From Priapulus caudatus (Eukaryota): a stretch of DNA of 64,000 nucleotides. Made by a program: the position numbers and the translations under genes. The DNA is taken from the NCBI RefSeq assembly GCF_000485595.1, contig NW_014577079.1:242826-306825 (forward strand), written 5' to 3'. The notes below the pieces were generated by a model, which worked only from the letters and a program-made list of their open reading frames with translations, was not told the DNA's origin and did not search any database. Below are positions 51,901 through 63,982 of the stretch, one piece after another. Position 1 is the stretch's first letter. The number at the start of each line of letters is the position of its first letter.

Positions 51901-54098
51901 AAAGAAGAATTGTTCCACTAAAAATAGAATTGTCGTAGTCAGAATGAAGGCTGTACATGACTCAAAAGTGCCTCAAATACAATCTCCTGCGATCTACATT
52001 TTCAAAATTTTCTGGGGGAGGACCACCAGACACCCCTTGTTACTTGCTCGAGGCCCCCTCCCCCAATCCAAATTCCTGGCTACGCCCTTGATTACATAAA
52101 CAATTGAGGTAGACCTCATTGAAGTTTTCATAGGGCTTACCAATAGAACTTCCAGAACCGGCTGAGCGATGTGACGAGGAATTTCCGGGATCCGCTGCAC
52201 AAGCTACCATACTCGAATGCAAAAACATGAAGCCTTTGTTTCTAAGATTAATACATCATCGATTAATACATCGGTATATTATAATTACAAGTTCCGAACA
52301 CCATATATTATCGTACGTTGAGGTATATGGCCACAACAGCATGGACCAATGAGGGTCAAACACCACAGACACTTCTGCGAGATATTTAGGGAATTAATAA
52401 GTGTCACTGGATTCCTTATTTATATCAATCCTTTAAAAGTGGTTGACGTGGGGTTTTTGCAAAAAAAATGTCTCGTTACATTGTAAAACTGAAACTATCA
52501 CAATGAACAATTAAAGTAGAACCAGAGAGTATGACATGATAGATTGGTGACTTTAATGATATGGAAATCTACATCAGATCTACATCCAGAGGTATATGTG
52601 AGGTCTCTGCTCTACACGAGGAACCTGAACTGAAGCAAGAGACTATGCAGAGATGCGCAGCTCTCAGACTCGGCATCATAATTAATTAGGTATGTATCAT
52701 GTATGAATTAGGTATGTATCATGTATGAATTAAGACCATCTTATAATTATGCAATTCAATCCTACTTTAGCAGCCATAATTTTAATTATACTTGATAGCA
52801 TTTTGTTGATTATAGGTTAGGGATACAGTAAGAGTTAGCTCCAAGAAACGGTATTGCTAGGGTTAGAATGTATAGACAATTCGTCGCACAGCCTGGTCAG
52901 GCTAATTAAGAGTTAGAGATAGTAGTGCAGATGGGGTCGTTGTCGTATCAGGTACTACAGATATGTACCCGAGGTAGTTTTAGGTTGGTTAGTATTATGT
53001 TTATATTTTTATATGAGGTATGTTTAGGGTTAGGGTTAGGGCTAGGGTTAGGGTCAGGGTACACTTCTGTAGTACAAGTCTGGTACACTTTGTGTATACA
53101 TATATGTACCGCGATCGGGTACATATCTGTAGTACCTGATACGACAACGACCCCTTCAGCAATAGTATAGTGCTAGGGTTACGCATTATTCTGGCCACTG
53201 GCAGCAAAAACAAGTCGGCACCTGCAGCTACAGCACACACGCGGCCATTGACTATATATTAATATATATATAAATTATATATATATAGTTGTTATATATA
53301 ACTAGCCGAGTGTGTGCTGTAGCTCCAGGTGCCGACTTGTTCTTGCTGCCAGTGGTTCTGGCTGGCAAGTGGCAACAACTTTACTACTGACACTAGAGTA
53401 GAACTTATACTACTACTACTAGTAGTACTACTACTACTACTAGTACTACTAGTACTTCTAGTACTTCTAGTACTTCTAGAACTTCTAGTACTTCTAGTAC
53501 TTCTAGTACTTCTAGTACTTCTAGTACTAGTACTACTAGTACTTCTAGTACTAGTAGTACTACTAGTACTACTACTAGTTAGTACTACTAGTAGTACTAG
53601 TTAGCTAGTTAGCTAGTAGCTAGTAGCTAGTACTAGTTAGTACTACTACTACTAGTACTACTACTAGTACTACTACTAGTTCTAGAACTTCTAGTACTTC
53701 TAGTACTTCTAGTACTTCTAGTACTAGTACTACTAGTACTTCTAGTACTACTAGTACTACTAGTAGTACTACTACTACTAGTACTAGTCTTAGAAGAACA
53801 ACATCGAGAAGTTAAACGCTCTCCGACAAATTCTTGAAGCCAGCGTTGGGTTAGGTTCGTTCCACCACCAGGATTCAAAAGTACAATAGAATTTCATTAC
53901 AAATGTAAGCTTGAGATAATTACCACTACCAGCCAATTACTAGCAATAATATACCCTCTGTGTGTTTTTCCTAGTGGCAGTGACACATTCAAATGCCAAC
54001 TTTTGCCGCGGAAACACTTTCCAGTACGTGTCTTCCTCTTCTAGACAGTTATCCGTTTCAGCGTTAATTTTAGTTTCGCACTGCATGCGTCTTGTCAT
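46714..54098 (-). CDS. PRIMPOL: DNA-directed primase/polymerase PrimPol (AEP family), whole spliced gene model, 779 aa
   Basis: Exons 54098-53955, 52241-52141, 51604-51466, 51200-51050, 50740-49856, 49594-49420, 49191-49103, 48582-48387, 48028-47946, 47090-46714 (2340 nt, all GT-AG, in phase). Motif I LYFDLEF, motif II KFSRHLIF, motif III FCDEGVYTRNRNFR. C-terminal Zn finger YCENIKRQHRSNN...QKCYDPEC. Confidence 0.95.
47208..47659. mobile_element. MITE in last PRIMPOL intron, ATAT TSD (Sola1-like)
   Basis: TIR GTGACCCGCTCCAGCA / TGCTGGAGCGGGTCAC flanked by ATAT. Confidence 0.75.
47946..48028 (-). CDS. PRIMPOL: PRIMPOL exon 9 (IVVDLKNGVYYQKCYDPECQRQNFKS)
   Basis: Last two Cys of the zinc finger. 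Confidence 0.95.
48387..48582 (-). CDS. PRIMPOL: PRIMPOL exon 8 (SPFTEVDCFV...RYCENIKRQHRSNNV)
   Basis: First Cys and His of the UL52-like zinc finger. Confidence 0.95.
48922..49073. repeat. (GAT)n/(GGT) trinucleotide repeat in PRIMPOL intron
   Basis: Direct reading. Confidence 0.95.
49103..49191 (-). CDS. PRIMPOL: PRIMPOL exon 7 (CTAETRILNCD...)
   Basis: atcag| ... |gtacac. Phase 2->1 bridges exons 6 and 8. Confidence 0.8.
49420..49594 (-). CDS. PRIMPOL: PRIMPOL exon 6 (GVYTRNRNFRLYLSSK...FLQSLVTNV)
   Basis: Phase 1->2, |gtgagt donor. Confidence 0.95.
49856..50740 (-). CDS. PRIMPOL: PRIMPOL exon 5 (GNFIRRI...long Cys-rich insert...VLFCDE)
   Basis: 885-nt open exon, cag| ... |gtgagt, ends in motif III Asp. 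Confidence 0.88.
51050..51200 (-). CDS. PRIMPOL: PRIMPOL exon 4 (VLDLDATTVKKFSRHLIFH...FKDNIH)
   Basis: SxH motif II, phase 0->1. Confidence 0.95.
51466..51604 (-). CDS. PRIMPOL: PRIMPOL exon 3 (HYYEVIPEG...LYFDLEF)
   Basis: DxE catalytic motif I, phase 2->0. Confidence 0.95.
51708..52090. mobile_element. hAT-type MITE with 8-bp TSD ATTACATA
   Basis: TIR CAAGCGCGTAGCCAGG / CCTGGCTACGCCCTTG. TSD at 51700-51707 and 52091-52098. Confidence 0.85.
52141..52241 (-). CDS. PRIMPOL: PRIMPOL exon 2 (LHVFAFE...RKFLVTSLSRFWKFY)
   Basis: tag| ... |gtaagc, phase 0->2. Confidence 0.9.
52927..53160. mobile_element. Third copy (inverted) of the telomere-repeat MITE at 8787/9009
   Basis: Same TIR, with a (TTAGGG)-like core at ~53024-53060. 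Confidence 0.85.
53196..53354. mobile_element. Hairpin MITE with ~45-bp TIR
   Basis: CACTGGCAGCAA.AACAAGTCGGCACCTG.AGCTACAGCACACAC and its inverse. Flanks ATTCTGGC/GTTCTGGC. Confidence 0.7.
53408..53788. repeat. TAC/TAG / CTAGTACTT low-complexity array
   Basis: Direct reading. Confidence 0.9.
53955..54098 (-). CDS. PRIMPOL: PRIMPOL first coding exon (MTRRMQ...YWKVFPRQKLAFEC)
   Basis: ATG at 54098. WxxFxRQxxAF resembles the PrimPol N-helix. Donor gtatat. Confidence 0.85.
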
Positions 54099-54640
54099 GA
54101 ATCTATTCTTAATATGTAGCTGTATAACGATTGTTAATTAAAGTAAATGCTGATACATGAAATTGTCTATCATTTTGTAAACAAACTCAGCGTAAAAAAA
54201 ATTCGGGTTTGCGTTTCGCGCGTTGGTGAGAAGCAAATTACCCGAAATCCATTGCACGCACATTAAATCAAATTTACATACAGTATAATTATAAGAAAAA
54301 TTCCCTTTACATAGATTATTCAGAAATTCTTTTTTTCGTAAAAGTCACACCGTAAAATAAAAATCCAAGCTAAGTATAGCAGATCCATGCCACAAAAAGC
54401 TGGGTGATCGAAAAATATTCTTTATTTTCGACCAAGAGATGGGGCAACGGTAGCGCATATGGGTAGCGTGAGTTCGGAATGAAAGCAGTACTCAAGTTTT
54501 TATTTTTGATTGAAAACAATATATTTGAGCTGAGTTATCTTAAATGTTATTATTCAGTCCTGACCCTGTGCATAAATGATGGTAGCACGTAAATCTGCAT
54601 TTAAATCAATTATCGTCAGATGTTGTTTACAGTAAGTATT
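54099..54640. promoter_or_regulatory. Putative (bidirectional) promoter region between PRIMPOL and CYB5RL with E2F-type site TTTCGCGC at 54214-54221
   Basis: Divergent gene orientation. The motif matches the TTTSSCGC consensus. A possible 5'UTR donor GTAAGT lies at 54632. Confidence 0.35.
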
Positions 54641-54711
54641 CGCTAGAGTCTAGACACTGAAAGTTTCAATAATAAAATGATGATGGTCGGTAGTATATCA
54701 CCGGGTACGGT

Positions 54712-54815
54712 TAGATACAATAATGTAACCCAAACCCAGGATAGGGGTTACATTATATACCCTATTATTCCATCATATTACCCTATCCTGGGTTTGGGTT
54801 TTATTATTGTATCTA
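54712..54815. mobile_element. 104-bp hairpin MITE with 9-bp TSD GGGTACGGT
   Basis: TIR TAGATACAATAAT..AACCCAAACCCAGGATAGGG. TSD at 54703-54711 and 54816-54824. Confidence 0.8.
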
Positions 54816-57593
54816 GGGTACGGTATGCTCCAAGAAACGGTCATAGATTCATACATCCAGAAGAGACCGGATACTAGAGAAGTGTCGCCAAAGGCAGGTG
54901 TTGATCCTGAGCGCGGATCTTGCGCGCAGTTTTGCGGCAAGGCGCACGCGACCGCGGGCACGTCCTACGAAAATGTAAGCGCTGGCCACTAGTAATAGTA
55001 GTATATGGATCCGTACGCAAAATTCGAAGGCCGGCGCACGGATCCATATCGAGCCTGGAGGTGTTGAACACCAGTAGAGGGCGTCCATAGGCGGCAGGCC
55101 TGAATAAGCATCGAACAGAAATTAATTAAAAATACTCACACTGTTAGTAGTGTTACTGCGCTTACACAACATACACTTTATTCATGTTAAATAACTACCA
55201 GATTCATGCTCTATGCTCCGCTCGAAACTTTTGCCAGCTCTATGATGCGAATTTCTACAGAGTAGTCGGATCCCGTTTCATACACAAAAATGGCCGACCG
55301 GCGACCATGGCTACGCCACTAGCTGGAATGGCACAATTACACAACACGACCAATTTTACTTCTAATGCTTCCTAGACGTCCACGAGGCATCTAATTTGCG
55401 TGCATAATGCAAATTATTGCACTCTAGTGCCGAATTTCTGCGGAAAAAAATGCTAAAAAAGGCATTTTCTAGAGACGATATAGTGCAACGGTGAACAATT
55501 GCGGAGGCTTACTGTTTGTGGGCTACTTTTCAAGCTCGCGTGCATGAAAATAGCACTCTAAAATTTGGTTTGCATTGAACTCTATGCAAATTTACGGGGG
55601 CTCTTTTTGGCATTTCCGGGGCTCTTTTTGGCATTTTGGGGCTAAATCGCCCTGAGCCCCCGTGTATTTTTTTCACTGGTCAGTTGAGGAGATAACACGC
55701 ACACGCACACGCACACACAAAATGGAAGAGAAATGAGAGAGTAAAACGACGTACCTAGGTCCGATCAGATAGGTAAGTGTAACATGTTAGTACACGTAAA
55801 CGCAAGGCGGATCATCGCCTCCTATGGGGGACGCCTCTAGTATCTCTAGCTGCGGTGGACCGTAACGTGATGATCAATGCAGAACTTGTCTACTAGTATT
55901 TACAAAAGAGTTACTTAGCAACGCTTATAAACAGACGCGCTGCACTGGCCAGCACCGGCCTGGCCGGGTTTAGAGTACCGGTCATTAATGATCACTGGAA
56001 ATTTTCCCAGCAACAGAGCATGGCTAAGCACGCTGCTGCCGCTCGTGTAAAAACTCTGGGCGCATGACGCGGCATGTTGGTCGGCTAGCGGCCACGTCAC
56101 CGAATGAACATCGTGATTGGCATTCGGTGGGCGTAGTGATTGACGTGAGCGAGCTAGCCGACTTCTTTAAGGAAATGCGCCTTATCTTAGATGCGCGCGA
56201 ATGCCAAACATACTTTATATACCGTTTGGAACTTGCCTCTGTTCGTCCAGCGCGAAATCGCCGATGCTGTGGGCCCCGTTTTCGCGAAGAGCGTTTCAGA
56301 CCCCCGATATGGGGAAGCTGTTAAAGGCGATCGAAGGGGCGGCGTTGTTTGCTCTCAGGGCGCGGTTCCTCATGGGAGAAGGGGGAGCAATTTCGTTGCC
56401 CATTTTCAACATAGTCTGTGCTATAGCTCTGTGGTGGAGCAAATGGCTATAGTTCTAGAGCTACCTGTGGCAACAAGGGCTTCGGTACTAGAGCTACAAA
56501 TGCCTGTGCTCTGCATTACTCCAGCCAGACTCTCAGACTCTGGGGCGGACTCTGACACTAGTCTAGGCTGAACTGCATGTACCCTGACCAGGCTCTACGA
56601 CTGTTTCACGTCGTAAGAGGCTGACACCCTTTCATACAAAAAATAAGCTTGAAAACAAATGCCGAATTTTGTAAATAAAACGATCGTATTACCACGCTTG
56701 ACCTAACTTGTTACATCATACATGCTGGAATTATATTCTCAATTATGGCTCACTTCTTAACTTGGTAATTGCCTTGGTATTCATGTTGTAATCGGACAAT
56801 TTGGAAACGAGTTGAAAAGCTTCCACACTCCATACTTGCATTGCAGTGCATTCGCAGGCACTAATCTGATACTGATGAGAGAGTGCAAAAAGCATGCAGA
56901 ATTCAAACAGTCATGGCCGCCTTGTTCGAATTTCTCCCATATCAAATCTCAAAAATGCTCACTGACATGAAATAGTATACATACTTGGGGATTGCGCACG
57001 TATGGGTAACGGTCTGGAAGTACAGAGAAGCGGTAACAGCCATCAGAAGTTAGGCATTGGTACGTTTTGTTATGTGTGCAGTGCTTTGTTAGCTACAAGG
57101 TTCAGTTGCTAACCTCAAATGTACATTTGCTGGTGACCTTCTCACCACATTGTAAGACGTGAGAAGGTAACTCGTGGCTAAACTGCATGTAGTTCTCCCA
57201 GTGTAACCCTACTTCCCCACTACAGGGAACACTTAGCTGTTGCCAAAGGAGGTTACACATTTCTTGACATTTATAATACAACTTGATGTTTGCCGAATGA
57301 ATGCTTGGATGCGTAATAAAAAAAAATATAGCAGAAGTAATATGTAAGTGAACATTGTTTGCAAAATGAAAACCAAGAATGTTGCATATAGCTATGATTG
57401 AACTAACATAGGTGCGCTTAATCACAAATGCAATGGTCATGACAATCGTAGAGTTGGAAGATAGGCAAAATGTAAATTCATTGCGCATAAAGATTTGTTT
57501 TTTGTTTGTTTACAGGTCATGTACAGGCATAATAGGTCGATTGCAGTCATGATATTCTATACATCCGCATGTAGAAGATGATATTCATCTTGC

Positions 57594-57824
57594 ATGGAAG
57601 GAACTAGTAGTGTAGATGCCCAAGCTCCAGGTGTAAATACTGAGACATCGGACTGTGATGGCATCGTTTTGTCAAGTAAGCCTTTGGAACCCATGGTAGA
57701 GGACTGCTGTGGTTTGGGATGTACACCTTGTGTATTTGATATCTATGAGCAGGAGGTAGTTGCTTGGAAGAAACAGTGTGGCTTTTTAAAGTACCAGGAT
57801 CCCACTACTCATTGTGACAAGCAG
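57594..57824 (+). CDS. CYB5RL: CYB5RL coding exon 1
   Basis: CCGxGCxPCVFDIY. The upstream acceptor at 57515 implies a 5'UTR intron. Donor gtaatt. Confidence 0.9.
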
Positions 57825-60800
57825 GTAATTATAGATACTCAGGTATGGTTATTAGGATGGTTAGATCTGATCATGTTTGCTGGGTTTTCACATTTTTATC
57901 AGTGCTCCTCAAGGTGGATAAAGCTTCCAGCCAAAATAGGATTAATTAAAAAAATGAAACATATCATTATAACATATAGAACTACACATTGAATTGTTAT
58001 CCAAATATATCATTTTCCAGATATGGTGAATATCAAGTTTCAATCTGCCATCGTACCTTAAAATCTAATTATCTGTTTAAAATTTAATTTCAGAAATTTC
58101 TGGATAAAGCAAAGTATACAAGCTTTCAGCTCATTAGTTTATCTGCCATTTCGCCGGACACCAATATCTTCAGGTTTAATATTCCAAATGGAGGCAGCCT
58201 GCATCTTAATCCTGGACAACATCTAATTCTCAGGTTAATTAATTTGTTTCTTACAGTAACAAGACATAAAACGTATATAACATGTGTGAGACAAGATTGA
58301 TAATATATTAAAATATGCATTAAATATATCAGTTATAAGGTGGATGGACCTGTGAGCGTGACTGTTGTTTTGCATAATTGCATGAAAATGGTGTTATGCG
58401 TACGTAAAACACGAGTGTGTGCGCTGCAGACAGCGGTAAAGCATCGGTAGCAAGTCGATCTTACAACATTGATTTCATCATCAAAATGCCTAGAAAAAAA
58501 ACATCTGAATACCTTATCAACTTAATCCATCGTTGCTTTTCACTTCCATCCTTTGGAAATCTATAAAAACCGCAATAATGACTCTCGGAATGATGGTTAC
58601 AATCGGGTACAAAACACGACGCCATTTTCACGCAGTTAATGTTATGTATCCAATGGAGCCAATGATTGTTTAGTACCAGTGGGTTTGTTGTCGTGGCACC
58701 GTGACGTCATCACTTCGGAGCGCTATAATATTGATAATATATTGTATTGTTTATGTTTGTAATTAGCATTTTCAAAGGAAGAAGGAATCTACTGACATTG
58801 CTAAATATTATAGGGGCAAGTTTGGTGGTCGAACCCTAACACGGCAGTACACTCCCATCAGTGGCGTTTCGGAGCGTGGTTATTTTGATGTCATAATAAA
58901 GGTAGGTCAGTTTCAATCACAAAATAGATATATTCAGTAAAATCTGTCTATAAAAGTCTATCCAGATGAGACGGGATACTAGAGAAGCGTTGCCGAAAGC
59001 GCGAAACGAGATGTTGATCCGAAGCGCTGAAGCGCAGATCTTTCGCGCAGTTCCGCGGCAAGGCGCACGCGACCGCGGGAACGTCCTACGACAGTATGCA
59101 GCGCTGGCAGCTATATGGATCCGTGCGCCGAATGAATTGGCGGGCGCACGGATCCATAGCTGCCAGCGAACAGTCCGCAATTTTAGTGGGGGACACAGAG
59201 GGTAGACATTTGGGACGTGAACAGTGTTCACTTGTTATAAAAAGTGTAACCGAGTAATGTGTTCGTAACCGAGCTGTGTCACGCNNNNNNNNNNTAGATT
59301 AAAAAGAGATTGGTTCCACAGAGGACATCCAGATGAGACGGGATACTAGAGAAGCGTTGCCGAAACGAGATGTTGATCCGAAGCGCTGAAGCGCAGATCT
59401 TTCGCGCAGTTCCGCGCAAGGCGCACGCGACCGGCCGGGAACGTCCTACGACAGTATGCAGCGCTGGCCAGCTATGGATCCGTGCGCCGAATGAATTGGC
59501 GGGCGCACGGATCCATAGCTGCCAGCGAACAGTCCGCAATTTTAGTGGGGGACACAGAGGGTAGACATTTGGGACGTGAACAGTGTTCACTTGTTATAAA
59601 AAGTGTAACCGAGTAATGTGTTCGTAACCGAGCTGTGTCACGCGAAATCACAGAAAGACTGTCGAAATTCTGACATTCGCGAACTTGCCCAGTAATGGAA
59701 ACGGCTGTCAGAATCAGGAAACACCTACCGGCGCTCTTCGCGCCCAACGCTCAACGTTTTTGCAACGTTCCAATGGCGAGGCTCGTACGGGAGTTGGAAA
59801 GCAGTGCGCCGCCTGCCCGCCGCCTATAGCCCATAGACTGGCACTCTCTCGCGCACCTCTCGGCTTAGCTTAGTCACTCAATGGCTAATCGAGGTGGAGC
59901 GAGTCCTAGTCTATATATAGCCTTTGCACCTCGCAACCTTCTTGAAAGAGAGTAGGCCTATACTAGAAACATTAACAATTTCGTATAAATAGAATTCGTA
60001 TTTAGTTAGCATTATATTTTATTGAAACGGTCGAAGTGCCTGTGCGGCGGGCGGTCCGCATGTAGACTGGTATTACATTCCACACCTACGGCTACGGCTA
60101 CGAATACTTGTATTACTACAAGTACATGTTACACTAATTACTACTAAGTACTACTACTAGTACTAGTAGTAGTAGTACTACTAAGTTACCAGCACTACTA
60201 GTACTACTACTAGTACTAGTAACTACCAGGACCGCAGGAGCTCATGTAATAGTAATAGTAATAATGACTAACTCTGTTACTAGTAATTAACTTACTAATA
60301 ATGACGAACCCTAACCATAACCCTAACCTATTATATTGATATAATATTATATTTATATTGATGTAAATGACATTGGTTTTATTGCCCATGCCATACATTG
60401 GGGCCCATATAATATTGGGAGCCATGTTCTCTATCCTTGAACCACTAGTACTACTAGACTACTACGACTAGCAAGAAACGCTCTTTGCTAGGGTTAGAAT
60501 ACCCCTAGGCTATACTAGACACAGGCACTTCCAGCGTTTCAATAAAATATAATGCTAACTAAATACGAAATCTATTTACTACGAAATTGTTAATGTTTCT
60601 AGTATAGGCCTACTCTAATAATGGCTAATAAAATAATGGTTAATAAATACAACTTGTCAGTAGGACTAGTACTACAGTACCAGCAATAGTCTTAATGTTT
60701 GATTTCACCTAATAACTTCACTTCAACACCGTTAAATACACCGATGCAACACATAGCCCGCACGGCATTGTGCATGCACAGATACACAGTAGATAGTCCT

Positions 60801-63800
60801 GAGCTCCACAACCATAAATCACGTCAGGCTCTGTGTCCAATTGACTGGTACCAGATTAAATATTCCAGATCTAAGAAACTAAGATGGCTACGATAATTAA
60901 AAGCCCAAGTAGACTGGTACGACCTTCACTCAGCCAACTATCGTTGGCTATACTGAAGTGAGTTACGCTAGCGTGTTGAACGACGCGCGGCAGTCTAGGT
61001 CATCCATCCGAGCGGTTTTTTAAAAAAAACTTGGAAATGGTACGTAGATGGACTCGTTGCGCCATCTATGGGTCGCGATAACTTCCAAATTAATGTGAGG
61101 GCATGATCCAGCGAAAAGGGAAAATTATTTTTCTACACTTTTTCGACGCGCGCCAACAAGCAAGGTAGCAATTTCGAGCATTTGGAGTTATTCTCGCCCT
61201 ACGTGCATAGGCCAAAGGCTTGCGGAAGCGCCAGAACTGCTCAATTGACCGATCAGAGGCCGATCTGATACAACCGTTAAAGTCATATTGACAGCGCAGC
61301 GATTTCGTTCTAAAAGGCGCCACCAGGTGGCGCGAAGCGCGCTTCGCGCGGATATCAGCTGCAGAACGTCTAGGGACGTGTCTACTGCGCATTTACACAC
61401 AGACACTGTGGAGATGGTGTCACTGTATAGCTGCCACTGAAGAGAAATGTCGGAAGTGTCCTTTCTATGCAGGTGTTGATATTATAGAGATGGCTGCTAA
61501 CACAGGTTTAACTGTATATACATTTATTCAGTACAACACATAGGAGCTGTTCAACGTGTAACTGTGTAGTTTACGTCTAAGTTTGTAAAAGCGACTGAGA
61601 TTCTTGGTGCCGGAATTGTGCGACTCTTTGGAAACGGCAAAACTTGTGGGCTAACTAATTAATGTGTGCACCAAGGTTACTGTTGCATCATTAAAAATTT
61701 GTTAAATTGATTATTTTTAAAGCATTCCCACAGTGAGGTATATAAACAGGTACACACATACTAGCTAAAATTGATCCTCTACATAGATTAACTGTTTTGA
61801 AACTTGTGTCTGTGAGTGAACTTATTTTTTATATATACTAGTCATACCCCTGCATAATATAGCCTATTTTTAACACGATTTTTATTTATACATTCGCGTT
61901 TATGAGGTCGTGTTTCACTATTACAGTCATAAATATACACAATTCACTTTTAAATGATTTCTCCCGGTAGATAGCGCCACAATGTCATTCATAGGAAGTT
62001 ATGGGGAGACCATTGCCTATTAGGCTATTACCAGTAAATTATTTCTATAAACTAAGCGTTAATGTAGGGCTTGTCAATTCTATGCTTGCTTAGTTAAGCA
62101 TTACTAACTCTTTTGCTTTATTGCCGTTTCTTTTAGTTGTACCCACATGGGAAGATGTCAAGGTTTGTAAAGACATGGAATGTAGGAGATACAATTGAAT
62201 GGAGAGGACCATTCGGAGAATTCTTATACAAGGCAAACTCGGTAATGTACGTATGTACTGTCATAGCATTGTATAGATATAAAGTTATAAAATTAATTGA
62301 CACAGTTTGAATAATACTGACAAGGGTATTTTTAAATATTGCTTTTATCTCTAAAGTTTGTAGGTAGGTGGGTGTTCATGAAATTCCCAGTATTATTTTT
62401 ACAGCAAAAATAATTTTTGTAAGAACATAATTTTATCGAGATGATTACGTTACCATGCTTATGAAATCTCTTAATCTCGGCCCACCCTGTAATTAGGATA
62501 TGGTATTGGCAAGGTGCCAGAAACAGTTCATTAACATGTGCAAGAGCATTTGGGGTTCTCGGTGTGATAAAGGTTCTGTGTCCACTTATTGCATTAGACT
62601 ATTGCAATGAATCTTCCCATAGCATTTCCTTAATTTTCTGTGAGAGAACATGTAATAATCTAGTGTAATTCTGGAATGCATTCGTAACAGATTGATGGTC
62701 TAATTAATTTTAATAAGTAAAAAGTTAAAAAACATTTAATTTGAATAAATATTCCTGCAAATGTATATATATATATTGTTTACTCATGATGTATATACAC
62801 GCACATACACATATATATACATACATATCTGCATAAAGTCGTATGTGTGAAATTGTTTTTCATAAACAGCTGAACTTTTGCTACCTATTCTGTTCCATCA
62901 CAGAGTGGACATTTGCACCGTAGAGTTTAAGTACACGAGTGCAGTTCACGAGTATACTTACTCTATCTTCTTCGAGAGTGGCTTGCTTATGTTTGTCATG
63001 CTCTCGTCGATTCCAGTATAGGAGAGTCGTGATGATAGCTGGAGGGACGGGTATCACGCCGATGATGCAGGTGATTCCGCAGATCCTCGACAACGATGAA
63101 GACGAGACCTTCGTGCGACTCATCTACAGCAATCGAGACTACGACGGCGTGCTGCTGAAGTCACGGCTCGATTCGCGGAAGGACATGTGGAACTTCACGG
63201 TCTTATACGTGCTCACGAAGGTAAGACTTGGCTATCTTAGTCTCCTGCTAATGCACTCGAATGAAGCTTATACGTGCTCACAAAGGCATGACATGGCTAT
63301 ATTAATGTGTTGTTAATACACTCCAATAAAGCTAATCTGTGCTCACAAAAGTAAGGGTTTGGGCTATATTAATGCATTGTTAATACACCCCAATTAGGCG
63401 TATACGAGCTCCCAAAGGCAATGTTTGGAAATATTAATTTGTAGTTAATATGTATGTGACAAGAGTGACTACGTATGGTTTACTTGATGACATATCATGC
63501 ATTGCCTAAAAAGTAATGTCTATAACACCAATCGATTTTACATTTCTAGCTGCTTATATGCATAAAGTGGAGTCGCACCACTTAAAATATCTATGTAGAG
63601 TAAAACCGGTATATAGTGGGTCATTCAAGGGAATCCCATAAGTGTTCTTTATAAACAGGTGTCCATTCTATAGAGGCTGTTTTACTGTATATTCACTGAG
63701 CTGACTTTCTCTTGTGACATTCAAATGTACTGTTTCAATCATTTTCAGAGTAATGAGAATTGTTTTCCTTGTTTCTTATAGGCAAGTCAAGATGTGTGTG

Positions 63801-63982
63801 CTGTAAAATATGGAGACAACATTCTTTTTGGGTGCATCAATAAAGAACTGCTTGAGAAAGAATTGAAAGTAGCTGATGGTAAACAGTTAGTGCTGATATG
63901 TGGGACAAAGTCATTCGACAGGGATGTTATTGCAATCGTGAAGGAGATGGGTCTTTCAGAAAATAGTTATTTCAGGTTTTAA
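57594..63982 (+). CDS. CYB5RL: NADH-cytochrome b5 reductase-like protein (N-terminal oxidoreductase-like Cys domain + FAD/NAD-binding domains), whole spliced gene model, 322 aa
   Basis: Exons 57594-57824, 58094-58233, 58814-58901, 62137-62241, 63017-63220, 63782-63982. Motifs: DCCGLGCTPCVFDIY, PGQHLILR, RQYTPIS, GKMS, WRGPFG, AGGTGITPM, LICG, terminal YFRF. Confidence 0.93.
58094..58233 (+). CDS. CYB5RL: CYB5RL exon 2
   Basis: DTNIFRF...PGQHLILR, phase 0->2. Confidence 0.9.
58814..58901 (+). CDS. CYB5RL: CYB5RL exon 3
   Basis: RQYTPIS (RxYT FAD motif)...GYFDVIIK, phase 2->0. Confidence 0.92.
58960..59643 (+). repeat. Interspersed repeat duplicated across an N-gap; related copy at ~54855-55050
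   Basis: 58960-59284 matches 59327-59643. Shared ATCCAGATGAGACGGGATACTAGAGAAG...GCACGGATCCATA. Confidence 0.7.
59949..60616. mobile_element. Foldback element with ~95-bp TIRs in CYB5RL intron
   Basis: 59949-60044 is the inverse of ~60520-60616. No clear TSD. Confidence 0.65.
62137..62241 (+). CDS. CYB5RL: CYB5RL exon 4
   Basis: LYPHGKMSRFVKTWNVGDTIEWRGPFG. Confidence 0.92.
63017..63220 (+). CDS. CYB5RL: CYB5RL exon 5
   Basis: MIAGGTGITPM NAD-binding motif, DNDEDETF, WNF. Confidence 0.95.
63782..63982 (+). CDS. CYB5RL: CYB5RL last exon
   Basis: VLICGTKSF...YFRF then TAA. Confidence 0.92.
   Translation, partial: ASQDVCAVKYGDNILFGCINKELLEKELKVADGKQLVLICGTKSFDRDVIAIVKEMGLSENSYFRF

Noticed and set aside
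22484..54098. PLD-family nuclease next to an AEP primase-polymerase as a viral or defence-like module
   Set aside because: Both are ordinary multi-intron cellular orthologs in convergent orientation. There are no viral genes or element ends around them.
58960..59643. Tandem duplication in CYB5RL intron
   Set aside because: The copies abut a 10-N gap. Likely an assembly overlap.
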